Made by a program: the position numbers and the translations under genes. The notes beneath the pieces were generated by a model. The model was given only the letters and a program-made list of their open reading frames with translations. It did no database searches and was not told where the DNA came from. Shown piece by piece: positions 1 to 10,977 of a stretch of 64,000 bases of DNA (its first letter is position 1; every line of letters begins with the position of its first letter). The DNA lies in NCBI GenBank assembly GCA_963790305.1, contig CAWBOC010000009.1, positions 160,001-224,000 of the forward strand, read 5' to 3'. The stretch comes from an uncultured Gemmatimonadaceae bacterium. Lineage in GTDB: Bacteria; Gemmatimonadota; Gemmatimonadetes; Gemmatimonadales; Gemmatimonadaceae.

Positions 1-618
1 GGCAAGGGCGCCGCCCGCAAGCTCCGCGCGAGCCTTCGCATCCCCGGCGTCGTTTACGGCCATCACCGCGAGGCCACCCCGCTCGCGATTGACGGGCGCG
101 AGCTCGAGAAGCTGCTCGGCTCGATCGCTCCCGGCACGACCGTCGTCGAGCTCCACCTCGGCGGGCGCATGTCGAAGACGCTCATCCGCGAGATCCAGCG
201 TCACCCGTACAAGCGTCAGGTGCTGCACATCGACTTCCAGGAGCTCGTTGCCGGTGAGAAGATCACCGTGAACGTTCCGATTCTGCTCGTTGGCACCGCC
301 GCGGGCGTGAAGGACGGCGGCACGGTCGAGGAAGTCATGCGCGAGGTGTCGATCGAGGTCGATCCCGCCAACATTCCCAACCACTTCGAGATCGACATCT
401 CGGCGCTCGGGATCAACGACTCGGTGCACGTGAGCGACATCAAGGTGCCCGAGGGCGTCGAGCTCCTCGAGGACCTGGAGGCGACGGTCGCCGTCGTCGC
501 TCCGCCGCGGGTTGAGGAGGAGCCGCCCGCACCCGTCGAGGGCGCCGTGGAAGCGGCCCCCGAGCCGGAGCTCATCCGCAAGACGAAGGATGAGGAAGAA
601 GGCGGCGAGGGCGAGTAG
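1..618 (+). CDS. rplY: 50S ribosomal protein L25/CTC (5' truncated by window edge)
   Basis: Frame 1 is open from base 1: GKGAARKLR...IPGVVYG...IQRHPYKRQVLHIDF, plus a CTC C-terminal domain and acidic tail. Lies upstream of pth, the usual context. Confidence 0.96.
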   Translation, partial: GKGAARKLRASLRIPGVVYGHHREATPLAIDGRELEKLLGSIAPGTTVVELHLGGRMSKTLIREIQRHPYKRQVLHIDFQELVAGEKITVNVPILLVGTAAGVKDGGTVEEVMREVSIEVDPANIPNHFEIDISALGINDSVHVSDIKVPEGVELLEDLEATVAVVAPPRVEEEPPAPVEGAVEAAPEPELIRKTKDEEEGGEGE

Positions 619-635
619 CGCTTCTTGTCAGGCGC

Positions 636-1220
636 TTGAAGGTGATCGTGGGCCTGGGCAATCCGGGCCGAGAGTACGAGCTCACGCGGCACAACGTCGG
701 CTGGATGGTCGTCGACCATCTGGCCGACGTTTGGCATTTCGACGGCTGGCGACGTGACGGCGACTCGCTGGTCGCCGCCGGACGCGCGGTTGGCTGTGCC
801 GTGCGACTCGTGAAGCCGCAGACCTTCATGAATCTGAGTGGAGGCGCACTGCGGCCGTATCTCCGCCGTCCCATGTTCGATCCCCCGAAGGACCTCCTCG
901 TCATCGTCGACGACGTCGCGCTCCCCCTCGGCCGCCTGCGCCTGCGGCCCGAGGGAAGTGCGGGCGGGCACAACGGCCTCAAGAGCATCGAGGGGGCGCT
1001 ATCATCACGCACGTACGCGAGAGCACGTGTCGGTGTGGCACCTCTCGATCCACGACGGCGCGGGCCGGACCTCGCCGACTTCGTGCTGTCCCCGTTCGCG
1101 AAGGATGAGCGCGTCGAGATGCTCGCCCAAATGTCGCGCTACACGAGCGCCGTAGAGACCTGGCTCACTGATGGTATCGAGCGCGCAATGAGCCTCTACA
1201 ACCGGGAGCCACCCGAGTAA
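636..1220 (+). CDS. pth: Peptidyl-tRNA hydrolase
   Basis: [23 protein letters not shown] and [12 protein letters not shown] motifs; TTG start. Confidence 0.97.
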   Translation: MKVIVGLGNPGREYELTRHNVGWMVVDHLADVWHFDGWRRDGDSLVAAGRAVGCAVRLVKPQTFMNLSGGALRPYLRRPMFDPPKDLLVIVDDVALPLGRLRLRPEGSAGGHNGLKSIEGALSSRTYARARVGVAPLDPRRRGPDLADFVLSPFAKDERVEMLAQMSRYTSAVETWLTDGIERAMSLYNREPPE

Positions 1221-3265
1221 TGCTGACCAACGTTGCGTTCTTCGCCTGGTGGGCCGGAGCGATCGGCATGGCGCTCGCGCTCGCGCTGTATCTGTGGATT
1301 CGTCGGCAGCCGCAGGGGAATGACGTGATGCGTGGCATTGCCGAGCAGATCCACACCGGGGCCATGGCGTTTCTGCGACGTGAGTACATGGTCGTCGTTC
1401 CCTTTCTGCTCGTGGTGGGCGCGCTGCTCTACCGCGCCGTGGGCGAGCGCACCGGCTACGCCTACGTCGCCGGGGGTCTGTGCTCGATCATCGCCGGCCT
1501 TGCCGGGATGAAGGCGGCCACGCGCGCCAACGTCCGTACCAGCGAGGCCGCGCGCGGGACCGGTCAGGCCCGCGCGCTCCGCATCGCGTTCGACGGTGGC
1601 GCGGTCATGGGCCTCAGCGTCGCCAGCCTCGGCTTGTTAGGCATTGGCGTCATCTTCAGCTGGCTCGTGCCCGGAATCGTCACCAACGATCAGTGGCGCG
1701 AATTCTCGGAGACGATCGCCGGGTTCGCGATGGGCGCGAGCTCGGTCGCGCTCTTTGCGCGCGTCGGGGGCGGGATTTACACGAAGGCGGCGGACGTCGG
1801 CGCGGATCTGGTGGGGAAGGTCGAGGAGGGCATCCCCGAGGACGACCCGCGCAATCCGGCGACGATCGCCGACAACGTCGGCGACAACGTCGGTGACGTC
1901 GCGGGCATGGGCGCCGACATCTTCGAGAGCTACGTGGGGGCGGTGATCGCGACGATCGCCATAGCCGCCACCATGCCGACGATCACGAACAACTTCAACG
2001 CGGTCTCGCTGCCAATCGCCTACTCGATGGCGGGGCTCGTGGCGTCGATTGCCGGCATCGGACTCATGCGCGTGCTCGCGCGCGGCAATCCGGCGAACGC
2101 GCTGCGAATGACCACCTTCGCGGCGGCGGGACTCTTTCTCGTGTTCGCGTTCGGCCTCACGCTGCTCCTGCCCATCGGACAGACGCGCGGTGACGGCTCC
2201 GCCTTCCCTGTCACCGGGCCATTCTGGGCCGTCGTCGCAGGGACGCTGGCCGGCATCCTGATCGGGCTCGTCACCGAGTTCTACACGGCCGGCCCCCCGG
2301 TCCGCCGCATCGCGGCATCCTCGACCACTGGTGCGGCGACGAACATCATCGCCGGCCTGGCGGTGGGAATGCAGAGCGCGGTCATCCCGATTCTCCTCAT
2401 CGCTCTGGCGACGTACTCGTCGTTTGCCGCCGCGGGACTCTATGGCATTGCCATCGCCGCCGTCGGCATGCTGGCCACCGTGGGGGTGACGATGTCGGTC
2501 GATGCCTACGGCCCGATCGCCGACAACGCGGGTGGCATCACGCAGATGGCGCACCTCGGCCCCGACGTCCGCCGCATCACCGATGGACTCGACGCGTTAG
2601 GCAACACGACCGCCGCCATCGGCAAGGGCTTCGCGATCGGAAGCGCCGCCCTGACCGCGCTCGCGCTCTTCAGCGCCTATGCGACGGCCGTGGGACTGGG
2701 CGATCGCGGCCTCGACCTGCTCAATCCGATGGTCGTCATCGGTCTCTTCATGGGCGGCGTGATGCCGTTCTTCATCGGGGCGACGACGATGACGGCGGTC
2801 GGCCGCGCGGCGCAGGGAATGGTCGCGGAAGTTCGGCGTCAGTTCCGCGAGATCCCGGGCCTTCGCGAGGGAACCGCAAAGCCCGACTCGGCACGGTGCG
2901 TCGACATTTCGACGCGTGCGGCGCTTCGGGAGATGATCCTCCCCGGCATGAGCGCCGTGGTCGTTCCGGTGATCGTGGGTCGGTTCATCGGAATCGAGGC
3001 GCTCGGCGGCCTGCTCGCCGGCGCCACGGTAACCGGGGTGGTGCTCGCGCTGTTCATGGCGAATGCGGGCGGAGCGTGGGACAACGCGAAGAAGTACATC
3101 GAGGCGGGGGCGTACGGGGGCAAAGGCGGTGAGCCCCACAAGGCAGCGGTGGTCGGCGATACGGTCGGGGATCCGTTCAAGGATACGGCAGGGCCGAGTC
3201 TCAACATTCTCATCAAGTTGATGAGCGTGGTGAGTTTGGTGCTGGCCCCGTGGTTCATTTCGTGA
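1220..3265 (+). CDS. hppA: Membrane-bound ion-translocating pyrophosphatase (K+-dependent signature)
   Basis: [40 protein letters not shown] and [10 protein letters not shown] motifs; many hydrophobic helices. Confidence 0.96.
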   Translation: MLTNVAFFAWWAGAIGMALALALYLWIRRQPQGNDVMRGIAEQIHTGAMAFLRREYMVVVPFLLVVGALLYRAVGERTGYAYVAGGLCSIIAGLAGMKAATRANVRTSEAARGTGQARALRIAFDGGAVMGLSVASLGLLGIGVIFSWLVPGIVTNDQWREFSETIAGFAMGASSVALFARVGGGIYTKAADVGADLVGKVEEGIPEDDPRNPATIADNVGDNVGDVAGMGADIFESYVGAVIATIAIAATMPTITNNFNAVSLPIAYSMAGLVASIAGIGLMRVLARGNPANALRMTTFAAAGLFLVFAFGLTLLLPIGQTRGDGSAFPVTGPFWAVVAGTLAGILIGLVTEFYTAGPPVRRIAASSTTGAATNIIAGLAVGMQSAVIPILLIALATYSSFAAAGLYGIAIAAVGMLATVGVTMSVDAYGPIADNAGGITQMAHLGPDVRRITDGLDALGNTTAAIGKGFAIGSAALTALALFSAYATAVGLGDRGLDLLNPMVVIGLFMGGVMPFFIGATTMTAVGRAAQGMVAEVRRQFREIPGLREGTAKPDSARCVDISTRAALREMILPGMSAVVVPVIVGRFIGIEALGGLLAGATVTGVVLALFMANAGGAWDNAKKYIEAGAYGGKGGEPHKAAVVGDTVGDPFKDTAGPSLNILIKLMSVVSLVLAPWFIS

Positions 3266-3271
3266 GACAGA

Positions 3272-3310
3272 AGATGTCAGAGGTCAGACGTCAGATTTCA
3301 GAATTCAGAG
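3272..3310. repeat. Left arm: tandem NNTCAGA heptamers flanking the four-helix-bundle gene
   Basis: agat-gtcagag-gtcagac-gtcagat-ttcagaa-ttcagag; imperfect inverted match to 3741-3780. Confidence 0.9.
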
Positions 3311-3688
3311 GGCGCCAGTGGAGACTTGCTGTCGTTTCTCGCGTGAATGGCTTTGAGCAGACCGGTCAGCATGCGTTTGACCTCGCGAGTGTTCCGATCG
3401 TAGGGTGGCGTAGCGGTCACCCGACAGGTAACCGAGATCGCGTGACAGCAATAGGTGATACTCGAGTTCAATCGCAGACCCGAGCGCTATCTTGATGAAG
3501 CGCGCTAGTTCAGCCTGCGATGCGCGTCCGCATCCCTCGACAATGTTCGCGCTGACGGACACGGCAGCGCGCCTTGCCTGCGTGGCAAGACCCTTATCGC
3601 GACGGAGCGCGCTCGACGACTCTCGGTAGACCTGAAGCGTGAGGGCGTGCGCCTTCCTCCACACGAGCAAGCGCTGAAAGTCGATCAT
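3298..3688 (-). CDS. Four-helix bundle protein (23S rRNA IVP / Avd-like family), one frameshift near 3390
   Basis: MIDFQRLLVWRKAHALTLQVY...QARRAAVSVSANIVEGCGR...FIKIALGSAIELEYHLLLSRDLGYL. The family-typical ending REVKRMLTGLLKAI continues in a shifted frame to TGA at 3298-3300. Confidence 0.9.
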
Positions 3689-3740
3689 GCTCGATGAGAG
3701 CAGTTGCGCTTCCATCGGACGACGCAGACATCCTGGTGCA

Positions 3741-3780
3741 CTCTGAAATCTGACATTCTGTATTCTGACGTCTGACATCT
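3741..3780. repeat. Right arm: tandem TCTGANN heptamers, inverted relative to 3272-3310
   Basis: ctctgaaatctgacattctgtattctgacgtctgacatct; reverse complement is agatgtcagacgtcagaatacagaatgtcagatttcagag. Confidence 0.9.
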
Positions 3781-3802
3781 TTGCCGTTCACAACGAACCC
3801 AA

Positions 3803-4903
3803 ATGCTGAAGCTCGGAATCGTCGGCCTCCCCAACGTCGGAAAATCCACGCTGTTCAACGCTCTAACGGCGGCCGCCGCCCCCGCGGAGAACTACCCGTT
3901 CTGCACCGTCGACCCCAACGTCGGCATCGTCGAGGTCCCCGACCCCCGCCTCGGCAAGCTCGCCGAGATCGTCAAGCCGAACCGCACCGTCCCGGCCGTC
4001 GTGCAGTTCGTCGACATTGCAGGACTCGTAAAGGGCGCGGCGCAGGGGGAGGGGCTCGGCAACAAGTTCCTCGCGAACATCCGGGAGACGGACGCCATCG
4101 TGCACGTGGTGCGGTGCTTCGAGGACCCCGATGTGCTGCACGTCATGGGCTCCGTGGACCCGGTGCGCGACCGCGAAGTCATCGAGTTCGAGTTGGCGCT
4201 CGCCGACCTCGCATCGGTCGAGAAGCGGCTCGATCGCGTGCAGCGTGCGGCGCGGGCCGCGGAAAAGGAAGCCCTCACCGAGCTGCCGGTGATCGAGCGC
4301 GCCCACAAGCTCCTTTCCGAGGGGCGCGGGCTGTGGGAGGCGCGCCTGACGAGCGAGGAGCTTGCGCTGCTCGCGCCGCTAGGGCTGTTGACGGTGAAGC
4401 CGGTGCTGTACGCGGCCAACGTCGGCGATGCCGAGCTCGCCGGCGACGAAGGGCCGCACCTCCGCGCGCTGCGCGAGGCCGTGGCGCGCAGCGGGGAGCA
4501 CGCCGAGGTCGTTCCCTTCTCCGCGAAGATCGAAGCCGAGCTGCGTCAGCTGCCGCCCGAGGACCGCGCCGACTTTCTCGCGTCGTTAGGGCTGGAGGAG
4601 GCCGGTCTCGACCGCGTCATCCACGCCGGCTACCACCTCCTCGGTCTGCAGACGTATTTCACCGCCGGCGAGCAGGAAGTGCGCGCGTGGACGATCCATC
4701 GCGGTGACACGGCGCCCCGCGCGGCCGGCGTGATCCATACCGATTTCGAGCGAGGGTTCATCCGCGCGGAGACGGCGGGCTACGACGACTTCGTGTCTAC
4801 CGGAGGCTGGAAGGGGGCAAAGGAGCGCGGAATCGTGCGGTCCGAGGGAAAGGAGTACGTCGTCCGCGACGGCGACGTGATGCTCTTCCGCTTCAACGTC
4901 TAG
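3803..4903 (+). CDS. ychF: Redox-regulated ATPase YchF
   Basis: GIVGLPNVGKSTLFNALT, ENYPFCT, DIAGLVKGA; TGS end GKEYVVRDGDVMLFRFNV. Confidence 0.97.
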   Translation: MLKLGIVGLPNVGKSTLFNALTAAAAPAENYPFCTVDPNVGIVEVPDPRLGKLAEIVKPNRTVPAVVQFVDIAGLVKGAAQGEGLGNKFLANIRETDAIVHVVRCFEDPDVLHVMGSVDPVRDREVIEFELALADLASVEKRLDRVQRAARAAEKEALTELPVIERAHKLLSEGRGLWEARLTSEELALLAPLGLLTVKPVLYAANVGDAELAGDEGPHLRALREAVARSGEHAEVVPFSAKIEAELRQLPPEDRADFLASLGLEEAGLDRVIHAGYHLLGLQTYFTAGEQEVRAWTIHRGDTAPRAAGVIHTDFERGFIRAETAGYDDFVSTGGWKGAKERGIVRSEGKEYVVRDGDVMLFRFNV

Positions 4904-4954
4904 CCAGTAGCCGGCGCCTCACGACCTCGCTACATTTCTCAGCTCACAACTGAC

Positions 4955-5010
4955 ACCCTCCTCCTGCTCCGGCAACCAGCGGGGGGCGGCCATTACGACC
5001 AAAGGGAGGC
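4955..5010 (+). promoter_or_regulatory. Probable S6:S18 ribosomal-protein leader RNA
   Basis: ccctcctcctgctc...gaccaaagggagg directly upstream of rpsF: an anti-SD CCCTCC that can pair with the GGGAGG SD, and a CCR motif just before the SD, as in the known S6:S18 leader. Confidence 0.65.
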
Positions 5011-5018
5011 TTGCCACT

Positions 5019-5381
5019 GTGACCCGCCAGTACGAAGCGGTCTACATCTTCGACTCCACGCTCGAAGACACCGCAATCAACGACAAGATCTCACGCTTTC
5101 ACGGTCTCCTCGCCGCGACCGGCGATGTCGCCGTCGACCATTGGGGACGCCGCCAGCTCGCGTATCCCATCGGGCAGAAGGAAAACGGCTACTACGCCAT
5201 CGCGCGCTTCGAGGCGGAGCCCGCGAAGCTCCCCGAATACGAGCGCGCGCTCAAGCTCGATGACGGCGTCGTGCGCTATCTCATCACACTGCACGAGCAC
5301 GAGGTCGGAGCGCCGGCGATCGAGCCGGGAAGCGAGATCGGCCTTCGTCGCCGCGATGACGACGAGGAGGACGAAGAATGA
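5019..5381 (+). CDS. rpsF: 30S ribosomal protein S6
   Basis: YEAVYIF...[10 protein letters not shown]...VVRYLI with acidic tail; GTG start after an SD. Confidence 0.95.
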   Translation: MTRQYEAVYIFDSTLEDTAINDKISRFHGLLAATGDVAVDHWGRRQLAYPIGQKENGYYAIARFEAEPAKLPEYERALKLDDGVVRYLITLHEHEVGAPAIEPGSEIGLRRRDDDEEDEE

Positions 5382-5605
5382 TGCGCCGACCCCAGAAGGC
5401 CTGCCCGTTCTGCGAATCGCGCATTCGCTACGTGGACTACAAGGATGACCGCACGCTTGGCCGCTTCATCACCGACCACGGCAAGATTCTGCCGAGCCGG
5501 TTGAGCGGAATGTGCGCGCGCCATCAGCGGCAGCTGTCGACGGCAATCAAACGGGCACGCTATCTCGCTCTGATTCCGTACATCAAGGGCCACCACCAGA
5601 CCTGA
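5378..5605 (+). CDS. rpsR: 30S ribosomal protein S18
   Basis: CPFC...VDYKD...[34 protein letters not shown]. Confidence 0.97.
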   Translation: MMRRPQKACPFCESRIRYVDYKDDRTLGRFITDHGKILPSRLSGMCARHQRQLSTAIKRARYLALIPYIKGHHQT

Positions 5606-5607
5606 GC

Positions 5608-6657
5608 ATGGCCGACGGCCTTGCGCCGGCGCCGCGCGAGCGAGGGTGGGCGCGTCTCGCCTTTGCTCTCGCGGCGTTCTTGTTGGTCCCACTCTTCCCG
5701 GCCGTGCGCGCGGTGCTCCCGGTGGAGCACACGCTCATACTGCTCGTTCCCACCATCGCCGTCTGCTTCCTCCTCGGCTGGTGGGCCGGCGGACGGTTGT
5801 CGCTGGCGCTGGTGTGGCTGGCGTTCGCAGCGTGGGTGCTCGCGCCAGGATCCCCCGACGGTCGGTGGCTCGTACTACGATCTGGCTCGGGCGTGGGGGC
5901 TGCTCCTCGCCGGGGCGTTCGGTGTGACGTGCATCCTCGGCAAACCAGGGCCCTTCTTCACGCGCGTGCTCTCGGCGATCGGCCTGGCGCTGCTCGTTGG
6001 GCTCGCTCATGGGTTGGCGGGGCGCACGTCGTTTCGTCGTGTCGAACGCGTGCTCGATGAGCAATACGAAGTACGCAATCGCCAATCGGTGGAGGCGCTC
6101 GGCATATCGCTGCGCAGCGTGGCCGACCGCGTGCCATCGATGCGTGACGTCATGACGAGCGAGACAGTGGATCAAACCGCCTTCGAGCTCAACCGCTTGT
6201 CGGAGGGCGCCTCGCCGTTGTTCCCTGCCCTGCTCGCGCTCGAGTCGCTCGTCGTGTGCGCGCTGGCGTGGACGTTGTATCACCGCCTCGTCGCGCGCCC
6301 GTATCGGCCCGCCGCTGGCGGCGCTGCGGGAGTTTCGCTTTCACGACCACCTGGCCTGGGGCCTGATCGTCGGGCTCACCCTCGTGCTGCTGCCGGCGTT
6401 CGGCTCACTCGCAAGGCTCGGACAGAACCTGGTATTGTTCTTTGGTATGTTGTACGCGTTGCGCGGTCTTGGCGTGCTCGACAGCTTCGTTCGACGCAGT
6501 GCCGCGCTCGTGGCGATCGCCGCGGTGATCGCGATCCTCAATCCTCGTCCCTACGCTGCCCTCGCTGGCGCTCGCCGTGATGCTGGCGCTGTTCGCCGTG
6601 CTGGGTGTGAGCGATGCGTGGGGAGACTGGCGGCGACGCCTGCGCGCCGCATCCTGA
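5608..6657 (+). CDS. DUF2232/YybS-like membrane protein, broken by about three frameshifts
   Basis: Hydrophobic segments spread over several frames (MADGLAPAP..., YYDLARAWGLLL..., FRFHDHLAWGLIVG..., LGVSDAWGDWRRRLRAAS*). The position between rpsR and rplI is typical. Confidence 0.7.
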
Positions 6658-6689
6658 CCTCGTTCCACTGCACTACCGGAGCCCTTCTC

Positions 6690-7133
6690 ATGGAAATCAT
6701 TCTTCGCCAATCGGTCGAGAACCTCGGCAAGCCCGGTGACATCGTGAAGGTGTCGCCCGGGTACGCCCGCAACTACCTCCTTCCCCGCGGTCTCGCGTAC
6801 GAGGCGACGCCCGGCAACCGCAAGCGCATCGCGATGGAAAAGGCGCGGCTCGAGGCGGCCGAGGCGGAGCGCATCAAGGCGGCGCAGTCGCTCGCCGAGC
6901 GCCTGGAGAGCGTGCAGCTCACCTTCTCGGCCCGCGTCGGCGACGAGGAGAAGCTGTTCGGCTCGGTGACGACGGCCGACATCGCCCAGCAGCTCGAGGC
7001 ACAGGGCTTCGACATCGAGAAGCGGCAGATCGACCTGCACGAGCCGATCAAGTCGCTCGGCGTCTACAAGATCCCGGTGCGCCTGCACGCCGAGGTGAAG
7101 CCCGAGATCAAGGTGTGGGTGATCAAGCAGTAG
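6690..7133 (+). CDS. rplI: 50S ribosomal protein L9
   Basis: MEIILRQSVENLGKPGDIVKVSPGYARNYLLP...KLFGSVT...PIKSLG; true start is the ATG at 6690. Confidence 0.97.
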   Translation: MEIILRQSVENLGKPGDIVKVSPGYARNYLLPRGLAYEATPGNRKRIAMEKARLEAAEAERIKAAQSLAERLESVQLTFSARVGDEEKLFGSVTTADIAQQLEAQGFDIEKRQIDLHEPIKSLGVYKIPVRLHAEVKPEIKVWVIKQ

Positions 7134-7231
7134 GTGCGTCGAGGTGCTCGAGGTAGGTCGAGGTGGCTCGAGGTGACGACCGGTCGTCACCTTCGAGCAC
7201 CTCGAGCACCTCGAGCACCTCGAGCACCTCG
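7132..7231. repeat. Inverted array of 9-mer GAGGTGCTC/GAGCACCTC repeats around a perfect 22-bp palindrome
   Basis: Left arm of degenerate aggtgctcg units, centre aggtgacgaccggtcgtcacct (7171-7192), right arm (tcgagcacc)x4. Confidence 0.9.
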
Positions 7232-7335
7232 GGCATTGGCATACCCAATGCCGCGTCCATACCGGAACAAAGACCTGTCGCCGACGGTACCACCGCCGAC
7301 GCAGTGCGTTCATCAGATTCCTGAACGGTCTCCGA

Positions 7336-7717
7336 ATGGCCCAGTCGACGACCACTCTCTTCGCTCGCCACCGCCCAACGCGCTGCTGCGCTCGCCCTCG
7401 ACCTCAAGGCCACCGACGTCGTCCTCCTCGATCTCTCCGGCGTTTCCGACGCCACTGACTTCTTCGTCATCGCCAGCGGCACCTCCGATACCCATGTTCG
7501 GTCCACGGCCGAACACATCATGGAGGGGCTCAAGAAACGAGAAGGTGTCGCACCGCACCACATCGAGGGTCTACAGCAGGGACGGTGGGTGCTGCTCGAT
7601 TACGTCGACGTGATCGTGCACGTCTTCCATCCGACACTGCGTGAGTTCTATCAGCTCGAACGTCTGTGGAGCGACGCCGAGCGCGTCCCGATGGACCGCG
7701 AGGGAGGACAACCGTGA
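7336..7717 (+). CDS. rsfS: Ribosome silencing factor RsfS (probable frameshift near 7355)
   Basis: ALDLKATDVVLLDL...DFFVIASGTSDTHVRS...WVLLDYVDVIVHVF...REFYQLERLWSDA. The nearest upstream ATG (7336) is out of frame. Confidence 0.88.
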
Positions 7718-10700
7718 TCGAACGGAGATTGGTGCTGGGCGCGCTCGCCGCCGTGCTGGCGATCGCCCCGCGCGCGGAGGCCCAGTTCTACTTCGGGCAG
7801 AACCAGGTCCAGTACGACTCGTTCGACTGGAAGGTCATCGAGACCGATCACTTCCTCGTCCACTACTACCCGGGCGAGGAGACGGCGGCACGTGATGCGG
7901 CGCGAATGGCCGAGCGGGCGTACGGGCGGCTCTCGCGGATCCTGGGCCACGAGTTCCGCGAGAAGAAGCCGATCGTCCTCTTCGCGTCGCGCTCCGACTT
8001 CGGGCAGAACAACGTCACCGGCGACCTCGGCGAGTTCACCGGCGGGGTGACCGAGGCGCTGCGTCACCGGATCCTGATGCCGTTCACCGGCGACTACGGG
8101 TCGTTCGAGCAGGTGCTGACGCACGAGATGGTGCACGAGTTCCAGTACGACATCTACTCTCGCGGGAAGGCGGGCGCCGGGCTGCAAACGCTCCAGCAGC
8201 AGGCGATGCCCTATTGGTTCGCGGAGGGAATGGCGGAGTACCTGTCACTCGGGCCCGGAGATCCGTTCGCGAACACGGTGATGCGGGATGCCGCCCTCAA
8301 TGGTCGGCTGCCGACGATCGAGCAGATCGACGATGCGTCCCGATCAGCACAATCCCTACGACATCGGCCAGGCGCTGTGGGAGTACGTGGGCGACCGGTG
8401 GGGCGACGAGGTGATCGGCGCGATCCTGCAGGCCGCGCCCAACGTCGGCGTCGAGCGCGCGTTCCGGCGCGAGCTCGGCAAGTCGCTCGAGGACCTCGGC
8501 GACGAGTGGAAGGAGGCGATGCAGGTGAAGCACCTGCCGCAGATCGCCGACCTGGAGCGCGCACGGAAGTACGCGCAGCCGCTTGCTCTCCGAACGTCGC
8601 AGCGGTGGCGCCATCTTCCTCGCGCCCGCCCTCTCGCCCAACGGGGAGCAGATCGTCTTCCTGTCCAACGGGAGCTTCCTGCGCGGGCAGATCTTCATCG
8701 ACCTCTGGCTCGCCGACGCGCGCACGGGAAAGCGCCTCAAGCGTCTCGTGAAGAGCACGACGAACCCGGAATTCGAGGAGCTGCGTCTGCTCTATTCGCA
8801 GAGCTCGTTCTCCCCCGATGGCCGCACCCTCGCGTTCACCGCCCAGCGAAAGGGCAAGGACGTGCTGTACCTGCTCGATGTGCGGAAGCAGAAGGTCATT
8901 CGCCGGATCGACACGCAGCTCGAGGGTGTGACCGGCCCCTCGTGGTCACCCGACGGCAGCCGCCTCGTGTTCTCCGGCCACCTGGGCGGCATCAGCGATC
9001 TCTACATCGTCCAGTCCGACGGAAAGCAGCTCACGCAACTCACCAACGATCGGCACGGCGACCTGCAGCCCCAGTGGTCGCCCGACGGGAAGAAGATCGC
9101 GTTCGCCAGCGATCGCGGCGCGGAGACGGACTTCAACGTCCTTCGCTATAGCGCGTGGAAGATCAGCACCTACGACCTCGAGTCGGGACGCATCGACGTC
9201 CTTCCCGGACAGGACGCGCACAACATCAATCCGATGTGGTCGCCCGACAGCCGCTCGATCGCCTACGTCTCGACGCGCACGGGCATCCAGAACCTCTTCC
9301 TGTACGAGCTCGAGACGAGCGAGCACTTCCAGCTGACGAACGTCGTCGGCGGAATCACCGCGGCGACCAACTACAGCCCGGTGATCTCCTGGGCGCGTCA
9401 AGCCGACAAGCTCGCGATCACGTACTACGAGAACGGCGACTACACGATCTGGGCGATCGATAATCCTCGATCGCTGAAGCGCTCGCCGTACCGCACGCCG
9501 GATCCCCGCATGCCCCTGGTGGCGGGCGCCGTGAAGGCGGATACGATCCTCGTTTCGAGCGCCGATCGCGCCAACGGATACCGGGGTCGCGTATCCGCCG
9601 CCGCCGACACCACCAACGGCAGCAGTTCACTTCTCGTATTACCGCTCCCCAGCGGGTATTCGTCCGTCGCGGAACGCTCCGCCAGCCGCCGAGCTCGCCT
9701 CGCGCGGCGGCCCCATTAGCGTCGCCGCGCTGCTCGACAGCGCCGCCATGGCGCTGCCTGATGCGGGAGGGTTCAAGACGTACGACTACAAGGTTCGTTT
9801 CAGCCCTGACTACGTCGCGCGTCCCACCATTGGGTACGAGCAGTACAACTTCGGCCGAGGCTTCTTCGGCGGAACACAGATCGTCCTGAGCGACATGCTC
9901 GGCAACCATCGCCTCGCCTTCTCGGGCGAAGTGAATGGACGGTTGAGCGAGGCGCGCGTGTACAGCGCGTACACCAACCTGTCGCGGCGCATGCAGTACG
10001 CGGTGGGTGCCTACCAATCGCCATACTATTTCCCGGAGGTTGGTGCGCTGCAGCCGGTGGGCGATGGAGTTTGGGAAGAGATCTACCCGATCACGCGGCT
10101 CATCGAGCGACAGGTCTTCGGTATCGGCATCTACCCATTCGATCGATTCACGCGCACCGAGTTCGGGGCACGGCTGTCGAACGTCGACCGTTCTTCGCTG
10201 TTCATTGGGCGTCTGATCAACGAGTTCACCGGCGCATCGACACCGTTCCAGATTCTCGACGAAGTCCATCAGCCGAGCATCAACTACGTCCAGCCCTACG
10301 CGGCGTTCGTGTCGGACAACGTGCTTTGGGGCTACACGGGCCCGATCATGGGGCGGCGCTACCGCTTCCAGGTCGAGCCGATCATCGGCACGTACAAGTG
10401 GATGGACTACCTCGTCGACTACCGACGGTACGATCCCATTCTGTTCAATTTCCTCACGCTTTCGACGCGTCTCCTCGCCAGCGTGTCGGATGGACGAGAC
10501 GCGGACACGCTTCGGAAGTACATCGGATACCCCGAGCTGCTGCGCGGGTACGATCGCGAGGAGTTTGCGCTCAACGAGATTCGGCAGTGCGCGTTCAACG
10601 ACCCGTCGAGCGACGACCCACGGTATTATCGCTGCTCCCCGCTCGTCGGCAGCCGCATCGCCGTCGCGAACGTCGAAGTGCGGTTCCCGCTGCTGCGGCG

Positions 10701-10974
10701 GGTGGACATCGGTCTTCTCCCGATCTCGCTGCCGCCTATCGAGGGTCTGGTGTTCTACGACGTGGGCCTTACCTGGTTCGAGGGGCAGAATCTGCATTGG
10801 TCCCGGCCCGCCGGCTTCGACCCGGCGTTTCAGCGGCACGCGCTGCGGAGCTACGGCTTCGGCGTTCGGGTGAACCTCTTCAACTTCGCATTGCTGCGGT
10901 GGGACTACGCGATCCCGCTCGACGATCCGCGGCGGGACAAGTACTGGAGGTTCTCGCTGGGGCCGAGCTTCTGA
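7714..10974 (+). CDS. Secreted HExxH peptidase + TolB/PD40 beta-propeller + Omp85/BamA-type barrel, about three frameshifts
   Basis: Signal peptide AEAQ; FGQNQVQY; HEMVHEF and WFAEGMAEY; repeated PxWSPDG blades; LRGY and G(x)GVR barrel motifs; C-terminal FSLGPSF. Pieces lie in ORFs 7666, 8288, 8583 and 9748. Confidence 0.82.
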
Positions 10975-10977
10975 CCT

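Noticed and set aside
3298..3688. Avd-like gene as part of a diversity-generating retroelement
   Set aside because: No reverse transcriptase and no TR/VR pair differing at adenines was seen in the window.
7132..7231. Tandem repeats here and at the other elements as a CRISPR array
   Set aside because: Units are 7-9 bp and contiguous, with no unique spacers of constant length and no cas genes in the window.
7134..7613. ORF with RAPRAPRAP repeats (and similar ORFs at 7123-7563, 47611-47892, 47669-48232)
   Set aside because: These are translations of the 9-bp DNA repeats and overlap rsfS or the aldehyde dehydrogenase gene in the wrong frame or strand.
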